A stretch of DNA of 54,991 nt, from contig JBMFPH010000001.1 in the NCBI GenBank assembly GCA_049969215.1, positions 1 to 54,991 on the forward strand, read 5' to 3'. The notes beneath the pieces are model-generated. The model saw only the letters and a list, made by a program, of their open reading frames with translations, searched no databases and was not told the origin of the DNA. A program made the translations under genes and the position numbers. Below are positions 38,628 through 46,745 of the stretch, piece after piece (the first letter of the stretch is position 1; every line of letters starts with the position of its first letter). The stretch is from Anaerolineae bacterium (GTDB lineage Bacteria; Chloroflexota; Anaerolineae; 4572-78; NAK82).

Positions 38628-39518
38628 ATGCACTATCATTCTGAATCGCTTATCCGTGACCTTTCTGCGAAAGCACAGTCTTTCCGCATCCAGGTGCTCA
38701 AAATGGTCTATAACGCTCAGTCGGGGCATCTGGGTGGCGCCTTTTCGGTCGCTGAGATTCTGACCGCGCTGTTTTTCCACCATCTGCGACTGGATCCTTT
38801 ACGCCCTGACTGGCCGGAGCGTGATCGTTTGCTCTTCTCCAAGGGCCATGCATGTGCCATGCTTTACACGGCAATGGCCTATCGTGGTTTCTTTCCGGTT
38901 GAAGAGCTGATGACCTTCCGTCAGCTGGATAGCCGGCTGCAAGGTCATCCTGATCGTGTCAAACTTCCCGGAGTGGAGATATGCGCCGGGCCGCTGGGCC
39001 AAGGTGTTGCCATTGGCGTTGGAATGGCGCTGGCACTGAGGATGGATCAACCTAAACCTTCTGCCATCACGGCGCCTTCAGCGCGCGCTTCACGTGCGCG
39101 CGTCTATGTGGTGCTAGGAGATGGTGAGATCAATGCCGGAGTGGTGTGGGAAGGCGCTATGGCAGCTGCCAAGTACCGCCTGGGTAATCTAACCGCTATT
39201 TTGGACTACAACGGTGTCCAACAAACAGGTGCTGTTGCGGATGTGATGCCTATGGAGCCAGTCGTCGCAAAGTGGGAAGCGTTCGGTTGGCACGTTCAGG
39301 AAATAGATGGACACAATATGGGTGAGATTCTCAGTGCACTCGATCGCGCCGACGAGGTGCATGCACGCCCCAGCATCATCATTGCCCGCACTACGAAGGG
39401 CAAGGGGGTCAGTTTTATGGAGTACGACAATCGCTGGCACGGCATGCCCCCCACCCAGGAGCAATATGAACGAGCACTGGCCGAGCTGGAGGAGGGATTG
39501 AGGGCATGGCAGAACTAG
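38628..39518 (+). CDS. split transketolase, N-terminal (TPP-binding) subunit
   Basis: SGHLGGAFS, SKGHA, and the GDGEINAGVVWE motif. About 297 aa. Confidence 0.9.
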   Translation: MHYHSESLIRDLSAKAQSFRIQVLKMVYNAQSGHLGGAFSVAEILTALFFHHLRLDPLRPDWPERDRLLFSKGHACAMLYTAMAYRGFFPVEELMTFRQLDSRLQGHPDRVKLPGVEICAGPLGQGVAIGVGMALALRMDQPKPSAITAPSARASRARVYVVLGDGEINAGVVWEGAMAAAKYRLGNLTAILDYNGVQQTGAVADVMPMEPVVAKWEAFGWHVQEIDGHNMGEILSALDRADEVHARPSIIIARTTKGKGVSFMEYDNRWHGMPPTQEQYERALAELEEGLRAWQN

Positions 39519-40444
39519 TTCTGATGCGCAAAGCATACGGCGAGGCATTGGTACAGCTGGGGCGCGACAACCCGAATGTGGTTGTGCTCAGCGCAGATGT
39601 CTCCAACTCAGATTTCAGCTATATGTTTCAGGAGGCCTTTCCAGATCGCTTCTTCAACGTGGGCATTGCCGAACAGTGCCTGGTGGATGTCGCCGTAGGC
39701 CTCGCGTACAGTGGCAAGATCCCGTTCGCAAATACTTTTGCCTTCTTGCTTGCTACGCGTGCGTTGGAGATGGTGCGCACGCACTGCTGTTACGGCGAAG
39801 CAAACGTCAAATTGATGGCAGCTTATGGGGGTGTCTCCGATTCGTTCGATGGACCCACCCATCATGCTATCACCGACATCGCTATCATGCGCAGCCTGCC
39901 CAACATGACCGTGGTGGTGCCGAGCGACACGGTGGCGGTTGCCAAGCTACTACCTCAGGTGGCCGACTGGCAGGGACCAGTGTACTTCCGGATGAATCGC
40001 AACGAGGTGCCAGTGCTGTTCGATCATACCTACGAGCCAAGAATCGGTAAAGCAGTGGACGTGCGCCGGGGAAAGGATGTGACCCTGATCGGTACAGGGT
40101 TGATGTTCAGTCGTTGTCTGGAAGCAGCTGAGATGTTGGCCAGCGAGGGGATTGATGCCTGGGTCATGGAAATACACACCATTAAGCCTCTGGACGCGGA
40201 CGCGGTGGTGCGAGCTGCGCGTGAGACGGGTGCTCTGGTTACCGCAGAAGAGCACAACATCATAGGCGGGCTAGGCGCTGCGGTAACCGAGGTTGTGAGC
40301 GATGCTTACCCGGTGCCGGTAAAGCGGGTGGGCATCCCAGACCGCTTCACAGAAACTGGCCCTTATGCTGCCTTGCTAGACCGATACGGCATGGCCGTGA
40401 TGGATGTGGTTAGGGCAGCTCGAGCTGCGGTTGCGGCGAAGTAG
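39506..40444 (+). CDS. split transketolase, C-terminal (pyrimidine-binding) subunit
   Basis: FNVGIAEQ and GPTHH motifs. It overlaps the N-subunit gene by 13 nt. Confidence 0.9.
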   Translation: MAELVLMRKAYGEALVQLGRDNPNVVVLSADVSNSDFSYMFQEAFPDRFFNVGIAEQCLVDVAVGLAYSGKIPFANTFAFLLATRALEMVRTHCCYGEANVKLMAAYGGVSDSFDGPTHHAITDIAIMRSLPNMTVVVPSDTVAVAKLLPQVADWQGPVYFRMNRNEVPVLFDHTYEPRIGKAVDVRRGKDVTLIGTGLMFSRCLEAAEMLASEGIDAWVMEIHTIKPLDADAVVRAARETGALVTAEEHNIIGGLGAAVTEVVSDAYPVPVKRVGIPDRFTETGPYAALLDRYGMAVMDVVRAARAAVAAK

Positions 40445-40477
40445 GACGAGAGTCTTTTGGGAATGGGCCATTTAGGG

Positions 40478-40506
40478 TTGACACAGACGAGAAGGTGATG
40501 TATAGT
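40478..40506 (+). promoter_or_regulatory. promoter upstream of the TIM-barrel/ABC-transporter operon
   Basis: TTGACA (40478-40483), a 17-nt spacer, then TATAGT (40501-40506). Confidence 0.6.
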
Positions 40507-40511
40507 GCGAC

Positions 40512-40537
40512 TGGTCATATGGTATGCCAGCATACCT
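40512..40537 (+). promoter_or_regulatory. operator: TGGTCA box plus palindrome GGTATGC-CA-GCATACC (site 1 of 2)
   Basis: TGGTCA lies at 40512-40517. TGGTATGCCAGCATACCT (40520-40537) is identical to 49434-49451. The palindrome starts 14 nt after the -10 in both sites. Confidence 0.6.
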
Positions 40538-40566
40538 CAATTTTCCACGCATAGGAGAAGCTCGCA

Positions 40567-41382
40567 ATGAAGCCGGGCGTGGTCGTGAACGGACCCGACG
40601 TTGTCTATGGACCGTTGGCCCTCCTCAGTGGCACGTTTGAGGAGAAGGTAGCTAAAGCAGCTCGAATGGGCTACCGTGGCATCGAATTCATGGTGCGTGA
40701 TCCCTCAGGGCTGGATTGGGCATGGATAAAGACCACCATCCAGAATGCCGGGTTGGAAGTTCCTCAGGTCGTCACTGGCGAGCTCTTCGGCGCAGATGGT
40801 CTGTGCTTGGTAACCGCGGACGACGAGCTATATCGTCGAGCGGAAGAACGCACGCGCTCGGTGATCGATCTGGCCGCCTATCTGGGCGCTATGGTTAACA
40901 TCGGACGACTGCGCGGCCAGCTCAATCTGCTGGGTGACGTAGCAGATCCCTACAGCATTGCAGTAGAACGCCTCCGTAAAGTGGCACTCTATGCCGCGGA
41001 ACGCGGCGTTAAGATCACTTTGGAGCCACTCAATCGTTACGAGAGTGACTTCATCCCCAATGCACTCGAAGGCCGTCGCTTTATTGAGGCAATAGGCTGT
41101 GACAATGTTGGCCTGATGCTTGATCTGTTTCATATGAACATCGAAGATGCCTCGATTGAGGAAGGGCTGCGCCAAGCGGGGGAATTGTTGTGGCATCTTC
41201 ACATTGCCGACACAAACCGACGCTATCCAGGCAGCGGACATATGAACTACGACAGCATCTTCGCTACCCTGCGAGAGATGGACTACCAAGGGTATGTCTC
41301 AGCTGAAATGCTACCGCTGCCAGATCCGGACACGGCTGCACAAAAGACGATAGAGTTTTTGCGCCGTTACATCTCGATGTGA
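40567..41382 (+). CDS. xylose-isomerase-like TIM-barrel sugar (phosphate) isomerase/epimerase (paralog of 27077-27943)
   Basis: ...LMLDLFHMNIED..., HIADTNRRYPGSGHMNY, and ...LPLPDPDTAAQKTIEFLRRYI are shared with the paralog. The RBS is AGGAG. Confidence 0.85.
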   Translation: MKPGVVVNGPDVVYGPLALLSGTFEEKVAKAARMGYRGIEFMVRDPSGLDWAWIKTTIQNAGLEVPQVVTGELFGADGLCLVTADDELYRRAEERTRSVIDLAAYLGAMVNIGRLRGQLNLLGDVADPYSIAVERLRKVALYAAERGVKITLEPLNRYESDFIPNALEGRRFIEAIGCDNVGLMLDLFHMNIEDASIEEGLRQAGELLWHLHIADTNRRYPGSGHMNYDSIFATLREMDYQGYVSAEMLPLPDPDTAAQKTIEFLRRYISM

Positions 41383-41639
41383 AAGGGGGTGAGGCGAGCG
41401 GCATCACGGTATACTTTTGAGCAGGCATGCGGAACAACGAAGACCCAGACCGGTGACGAAACGATTGGTAAGGTCTCTGAGTTTGGCCAACTCGGAGACG
41501 CGGATTGCTCAGAGGTTGGGTTGAAATCGCTCAAAGTGATCTTTCAGGAGGTAAGACTGGCCAGACTGAAAAGTCAAACAATTGGCAAACAGTGCAGTTG
41601 CTTAACCTTTAGATACTCAATGATAAGAGGAGGATCCCA

Positions 41640-43124
41640 ATGAGTACTAGGATGTTCAGGGTTTTCAGCGCCTTATTAGCAGTCGCCATGTTGCTTGGTC
41701 TGGTGGTTCCGGTTGCGCACGCGCAAGGGCCTTGCCAGGGGAGCTCGTCCCAATGTGCTGTGGAAGCGGCTAAGCAGTTTGCCGGAACCACCATTAATTA
41801 TGTGCGTGAGGCCGGCTTGCAGGCACAGGATCCACTGACAATGGCTCCGATTTGGGAAGAGCTGACCGGCATCAAGGTTAACGTGATCGAGCTCGCCTAC
41901 TTGGACATGTACACCAAGCCTTTGCAGGATCACCTGACCGGTGGTGGAGCTTATGACGCGATTGACCTGTCCCCAATGTGGATGCAAGATTACGTCAATG
42001 CGGGCGCCTTAGAGCCATTGGATCCCTACATCGAGAAATACATGAACCCAGCCGATATGGAGGACTTCCTGCCGGTCTACCGCTCCGAAGGGGTCATGAA
42101 GATCAACGGCGTCACCTATGGCCTGTTTGACGATGGCGATGTGTTCATCCTCTACTATCGCAAGGATTTGTTTGAGGATGAGACCAACAAGGCCGAGTTT
42201 AAAGCAAAGTATGGCTATGAGTTGACGCCGCCTGAGACGGAGCAGCAGATGTACGACGCCGCTGAGTTTTTCACCAACAAGTATGCCCCCGAGCTGTACG
42301 GGCTGGCAATGCAGCGGATAGAGGGCCAGGCCTATTCCTGGTTTGTCGGCCCCTTTAGCGGCCGTGGTGGCCAATTCTTCGATGAGAACATGAAGGCAAC
42401 CATCAACAGTGAGATCGGCATCCAGCTGCTCACGGATATGGTGAAGCAAAACAAGGTTATGCCGCCTGGCGTCGAGAAGTGGGGCTTTATGGAGGTTCTG
42501 AGCGCCTGGATGGATGGCAAAGTGGCCATGATCGTTACATGGCCGCCGATCGGTCGCTGGTCCGCCGGCTACGGTGACACGGCTAAGCAGCTGGCTTGGG
42601 TGCCGGCCAGTAAGGTGATCGGTAAGGTGGGCTATATGCCGCAGCCGGGTGGTCGTCCTACATTGGCCGGTGGTTTCAATATGTGCGTTTCCGCAAGCAG
42701 CAACAATAAGGAAGCTGCCTATCTATTCATCCAGTGGATGACCAGTCCAGATATCAGTCTGCAGCGCGTGATGTTGCCCTTCGCTTTACGCGACCCCTAT
42801 CGTATGTCTCACTTCAACTCGCCGTTGTATCGTTCCGCTTGGCCTGAGGCAGGCGAATATCTGGACACACTCAAGAAGGCTGCTATGGCCGGGCAATATG
42901 AGCTGGGTATTCCGGGTGCGCGCGAGTATATGGAGGCTATCGACAACGCGCTCACGGCTGCTTACGCGGGCAAGGATCCGAAAGAAGCTTTGGATGAGGC
43001 AGCTGCTAAGTGGGATGCCATCACCGAACGGCTCGGCGTTGAGAATCAGAAGAAAGCCTATGAGCAGTGGCTGAAGAATCCTTGGAACCGTCTCGGTCCC
43101 AAAGTGGAAGTTCCCGCTGAATAG
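41640..43124 (+). CDS. ABC transporter extracellular solute-binding protein (family 1, carbohydrate type)
   Basis: Signal peptide ending VAHA/Q. The length and W/Y-rich profile are typical of CUT1 sugar-binding proteins. The RBS is AGAGGAGG. Confidence 0.85.
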   Translation: MSTRMFRVFSALLAVAMLLGLVVPVAHAQGPCQGSSSQCAVEAAKQFAGTTINYVREAGLQAQDPLTMAPIWEELTGIKVNVIELAYLDMYTKPLQDHLTGGGAYDAIDLSPMWMQDYVNAGALEPLDPYIEKYMNPADMEDFLPVYRSEGVMKINGVTYGLFDDGDVFILYYRKDLFEDETNKAEFKAKYGYELTPPETEQQMYDAAEFFTNKYAPELYGLAMQRIEGQAYSWFVGPFSGRGGQFFDENMKATINSEIGIQLLTDMVKQNKVMPPGVEKWGFMEVLSAWMDGKVAMIVTWPPIGRWSAGYGDTAKQLAWVPASKVIGKVGYMPQPGGRPTLAGGFNMCVSASSNNKEAAYLFIQWMTSPDISLQRVMLPFALRDPYRMSHFNSPLYRSAWPEAGEYLDTLKKAAMAGQYELGIPGAREYMEAIDNALTAAYAGKDPKEALDEAAAKWDAITERLGVENQKKAYEQWLKNPWNRLGPKVEVPAE

Positions 43125-43136
43125 GGGTGATCGTAT

Positions 43137-43168
43137 TGGGGCGCCCCATGAACGGACTGGGGCGCCCC
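43137..43168. repeat. two copies of TGGGGCGCCCC (each containing the 10-nt palindrome GGGGCGCCCC) between the binding-protein and permease genes
   Basis: Copies lie at 43137-43147 and 43158-43168, separated by 10 nt. Confidence 0.7.
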
Positions 43169-43208
43169 CTCTCATAGGTCAGATTTACTCAAAGGAGATT
43201 GGAGCACG

Positions 43209-44129
43209 ATGGTGACCACGACAGAGGCTTTATCGCTGAAATCAGAAATGCCTCGTCGTAAACGACGTGATCTCATCCCATGGATGTTCGTAGCACCGTG
43301 CATAATGGTCATCCTGCTGGTGACAGTATTCCCTACCGTCTATTCCCTTGGTCTTAGCTTGACCAAGTGGGAAATTGGCTTGCAGGAGCGGCCTTTTATC
43401 GGGCTAGGCAATTACATTGAGCTGTTCAGCACGGCCCGATTCTGGCGTTCCTTGCTCACCACGTTGCTAGTCGTGGTCGTTGGGGTAAGCATCGAGTTTC
43501 TTTTGGGCTTCGGCTTGGCCCAAACGTTATCGGGCCAGATGAAAGGCAAACGAATCATTGTCGCAGCGCTGCTCCTGCCAGTAATGGTGATGCCGGTGGT
43601 GGTCGGCTACACGTGGCGTCTGTTGTGGGATGCCCAATATGGGCCGATCAATCAAATCATCGGTTGGATCATTGGGCAGCCATTTACTTATACTTGGCTG
43701 GCCAAGACTGAAACAGCACTGTTGGCCATCCTGGTGACAGAGATCTGGCAGTGGACGCCTTTTATGTTTCTGGTCTTTCTGTCTGGCTTGGCCGTGTTGG
43801 ATCCAGAGATATTCGAAGCAGCAGACATTGATGGTGCTTCCGGATGGGCCAAGCTATGGTATATGACACTGCCGTTGATGCGTCCCATTATTGTGGTGGC
43901 ATTGCTCATCCGTGGTCTGGATGCCCTGAAGTTCTTCGACATTATCTTCACCCTAACAGGGGGTGGGCCGGGCAATTCCACCGAAACCCTTTCATTTTAC
44001 ATCTATCAGATGGGCTACCAATTCTTCCGATTGGGCTATGGGGCAGCGGCTGCATTTGTACTGCTTGTATTCTTGGCGGTATTCCTGACTTATTTGCTTA
44101 AAGCTTTCAAATCCGCCGTGGGAAGTTGA
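43209..44129 (+). CDS. ABC transporter permease (MalF-like, CUT1)
   Basis: Six hydrophobic segments and an EAA-type loop EAADIDGASGWAKLWYMTLPLMRP. Confidence 0.9.
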   Translation: MVTTTEALSLKSEMPRRKRRDLIPWMFVAPCIMVILLVTVFPTVYSLGLSLTKWEIGLQERPFIGLGNYIELFSTARFWRSLLTTLLVVVVGVSIEFLLGFGLAQTLSGQMKGKRIIVAALLLPVMVMPVVVGYTWRLLWDAQYGPINQIIGWIIGQPFTYTWLAKTETALLAILVTEIWQWTPFMFLVFLSGLAVLDPEIFEAADIDGASGWAKLWYMTLPLMRPIIVVALLIRGLDALKFFDIIFTLTGGGPGNSTETLSFYIYQMGYQFFRLGYGAAAAFVLLVFLAVFLTYLLKAFKSAVGS

Positions 44130-44208
44130 TGCATTGTGCAGTCGCTCTTGATCGGTGTCCAAGGTTTGAGAAGATGAAACCCTTAGTGCCTGTTTTAAGA
44201 GGAGAGCT

Positions 44209-45036
44209 ATGAGCTTACGCACGCGTAAGTTGTTTGTCAGTTCCTCGCGATATTTGGTTGCGGCAGTCGCTTTGATATTCTTCCTGTTCCCGATCGTTTG
44301 GATCATATTAACCGCTTTTAAGACGCCAAATGAGTTCTTGAAGAGTCCACCGGTTTGGATCCCTCAAACACCCAGTCTGGTATATTTTGAGCATGTGATT
44401 GGAACTGGCGGGCTCAAGGCACTGATCAACACCCTGATCATCTCCACCGCGACCACACTTTTGGCGCTGCTGATAGGTTCGTTAGCAGCCTATGCCCTGG
44501 CACGTTATCGAGTCGGGGGAGACAACCTTCCATTTTTCATCCTCTCACAGCGCTTCATGCCTCCAGTGGCCGTAATCTTTCCGTTTCTGCTGTTCTTCAA
44601 AACGCTCAGGTGGATGGATACCCACCAGGCATTGATTCTCATCTATCTGACCTTTAATCTGCCTTATGCGGTGTGGATGATGCGCGGTTTCTTTTTGGAA
44701 ATACCGCGTGAAATTGAGGAGTCAGCCTTGGTGGATGGTTGTTCACCATTGGGCGCCTTCTGGCGCATCGCGTTGCCATTGGTCTCCCCAGGGTTGGTTG
44801 CCACGGGGGTCTTTTGCTTCATCTTTTCTTGGGCCGAGTTCTTCTTCGCGGTTGCCATTACCAAGTCTCAAGCGGTTACGTTGTCGGTTTACATTGTGAA
44901 TTTCTTTGGCAAGATGATGGTGCAATGGGGTGAAATTGGCGCCACCTCTATTGTGTCTATGGTGCCTCTGTTTATCCTGAGCTTCATGGTGCAGCGTTAT
45001 TTGGTGCGCGGCCTGACGCTAGGCGCGGTCAAGTAG
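44209..45036 (+). CDS. ABC transporter permease (MalG-like, CUT1)
   Basis: EAA-type loop ESALVDGCSPLGAFWRIALPLVSP and six hydrophobic segments. Confidence 0.9.
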   Translation: MSLRTRKLFVSSSRYLVAAVALIFFLFPIVWIILTAFKTPNEFLKSPPVWIPQTPSLVYFEHVIGTGGLKALINTLIISTATTLLALLIGSLAAYALARYRVGGDNLPFFILSQRFMPPVAVIFPFLLFFKTLRWMDTHQALILIYLTFNLPYAVWMMRGFFLEIPREIEESALVDGCSPLGAFWRIALPLVSPGLVATGVFCFIFSWAEFFFAVAITKSQAVTLSVYIVNFFGKMMVQWGEIGATSIVSMVPLFILSFMVQRYLVRGLTLGAVK

Positions 45037-45055
45037 AGAAGGAGATGTCTAAACC

Positions 45056-45694
45056 ATGCCTCGCATTGTTGACCTGAGTCTGACCTTGCGCCCTGGTATG
45101 CAAGGGGTGGAGTATGAAGACCAATCCACTTTTGCCTCCAAGGGATGGTATACACGGTTACTTCATCTCCACTCTCACGCTGGTACGCATCTGGACGCAC
45201 CAGGCCACTTTCTCGAAGACGGCTTGACCCTGGAAAAGATAGCTTTGGAGAAGTGCATTGGCCCAGCGTGGGTGATCGACCTGAGCTTCCTTCAACCGCG
45301 CGAGATCATCACTGTGGAACACCTTGCCCCGTATTCTGAACGGGTGACCTGTGGGGCGCGTTTGTTGTTGAAAACTGGTTGGAGTACCCACACTGATATG
45401 TCAGACTACCGCACACACTTCCCGCGCGTGAGCTTGTCCCTGGCACAGTGGTTTGCGCAGCGTGGCATCGCCTTACTGGGTGTTGAGACACCCGCTGTCG
45501 CTTCGATGGATGATCGAGAAGAGCTTATCTCCGTGCACCAAGCTCTGCTGCGTGCTGAGATCGTTATCGTAGAAGGGCTGGCCAATCTGGATGCCCTCTC
45601 AACAGACCAAGTGACATTTATCGCTCTGCCGCTTAAACTGAAGGACGGTGACGGCTCGCCAGTGCGTGCAGTGGCAATTGAAGGGAGCTTATGA
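45056..45694 (+). CDS. putative-cyclase family metal hydrolase (kynurenine formamidase/isatin hydrolase-like)
   Basis: HAGTHLDAPGHF signature (HxGTHxDxPxH). 212 aa. Confidence 0.8.
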   Translation: MPRIVDLSLTLRPGMQGVEYEDQSTFASKGWYTRLLHLHSHAGTHLDAPGHFLEDGLTLEKIALEKCIGPAWVIDLSFLQPREIITVEHLAPYSERVTCGARLLLKTGWSTHTDMSDYRTHFPRVSLSLAQWFAQRGIALLGVETPAVASMDDREELISVHQALLRAEIVIVEGLANLDALSTDQVTFIALPLKLKDGDGSPVRAVAIEGSL

Positions 45695-45806
45695 GGCAGC
45701 GAAGGGGTATCTACATCATCAGTTTGGGCTATCTTTTTAGTCAAGGTGCTGGATTGTTTATGATACTTCGAAGACAAAGAAAACTTTGCTGTGGAGGTCT
45801 TAAGCG

Positions 45807-46682
45807 ATGATCTTCTGCACAGGACTTAGTGTACCCGAAGGACCGGTGCTCTTGCCGGATGGCAGCTTCTTGGTGGTCGAGATGGGGGCAGACCGTGGAT
45901 GTGTGACCCACATCAGTCCCGACGGTAAAGAAAAACGGACCATTGCCAGGACCGGACGCCCTAACGGACTGGCCTTAGATCGGCACGGCAATATCTGGGT
46001 GGCTGAGTCGGGAGACCTGCCCGCGTTATTGCGTGTCACGATGGATGGCCAGGTTGAGATATTCGTGACCGAGTGCGATGGTGAACCGTTCCTCTTTCCC
46101 AACGATCTCGCCATTGGCCCAGACGGTGAGATTTACATGACCGATTCGGGCATCTTGGCCAAAGACTTTGCGCCAGGTGGAAAAGTACGACCTGACTGGG
46201 CCACTTGCCCGATGGATGGACGGGTCTATAGGATTAACCCTAAGACTCGCCAGGTGGTTAAGATTGACTCGGGGATGAAATTCCCCAATGGGATCGCCTT
46301 TGGGCCAGATGGGAATCTCTATGTCAATGAGATGATCCCAGCAATCGTATGGCGCTACGAGTGGAAAGATGGCCGCATTATCAGCGGACGCCAGTATTTT
46401 GGCAATGTGGCTGACCCCGATAGTCCAGCTCCAATGAAATTCCCGGATGGACAGAAATTCGGCGCGAATGGACACCTGTATGTGACTGTCTTCGGCCAGG
46501 GAGATGTCACGGTTCTTGGACCGGACGGTCAGGTCACGCAACGGATCAAGACGGAGGGCAAAATGCCCACCAACTGTGTGTTTGGGCCTCCAGGCAGCCA
46601 CAAGCTCTATGTAACCGAAGACGAATTCGGCACCATTGAGGTATTTGACGTCGGGACAGACGGTCTGCCGCTCTACACGTAG
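45807..46682 (+). CDS. SMP-30/gluconolactonase/LRE-family beta-propeller (probable lactonase)
   Basis: Repeated blades: PNGLALDRHGNIWVAE, PNDLAIGPDGEIYMTD, PNGIAFGPDGNLYVNE and PDGQKFGANGHLYV. Confidence 0.85.
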   Translation: MIFCTGLSVPEGPVLLPDGSFLVVEMGADRGCVTHISPDGKEKRTIARTGRPNGLALDRHGNIWVAESGDLPALLRVTMDGQVEIFVTECDGEPFLFPNDLAIGPDGEIYMTDSGILAKDFAPGGKVRPDWATCPMDGRVYRINPKTRQVVKIDSGMKFPNGIAFGPDGNLYVNEMIPAIVWRYEWKDGRIISGRQYFGNVADPDSPAPMKFPDGQKFGANGHLYVTVFGQGDVTVLGPDGQVTQRIKTEGKMPTNCVFGPPGSHKLYVTEDEFGTIEVFDVGTDGLPLYT

Positions 46683-46745
46683 GGTGCTCACATAGAGGTG
46701 GCTCAGGTATCAACCAAGCCCGAAGCTCCCTAGGTAGGTCGAATT

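Noticed and set aside
41389-41643. An 84-aa ORF, and a possible riboswitch or structured leader, in the 257-nt spacer before the binding-protein gene. This includes a 10-bp hairpin, TCTCTGAGTT...AACTCGGAGA, at about 41477-41501.
   Set aside because: The ORF has no RBS and no recognisable features. I could not match the spacer to any riboswitch class by eye, and I found no clear promoter or terminator. It is left as an unexplained spacer rather than a claim.
41640-45036. The missing ATPase gene of the ABC transporter, considered as a possible anomaly.
   Set aside because: CUT1-type sugar importers in many Gram-positive-type bacteria share a separately encoded ATPase (MsiK/MsmX type), so its absence is ordinary.
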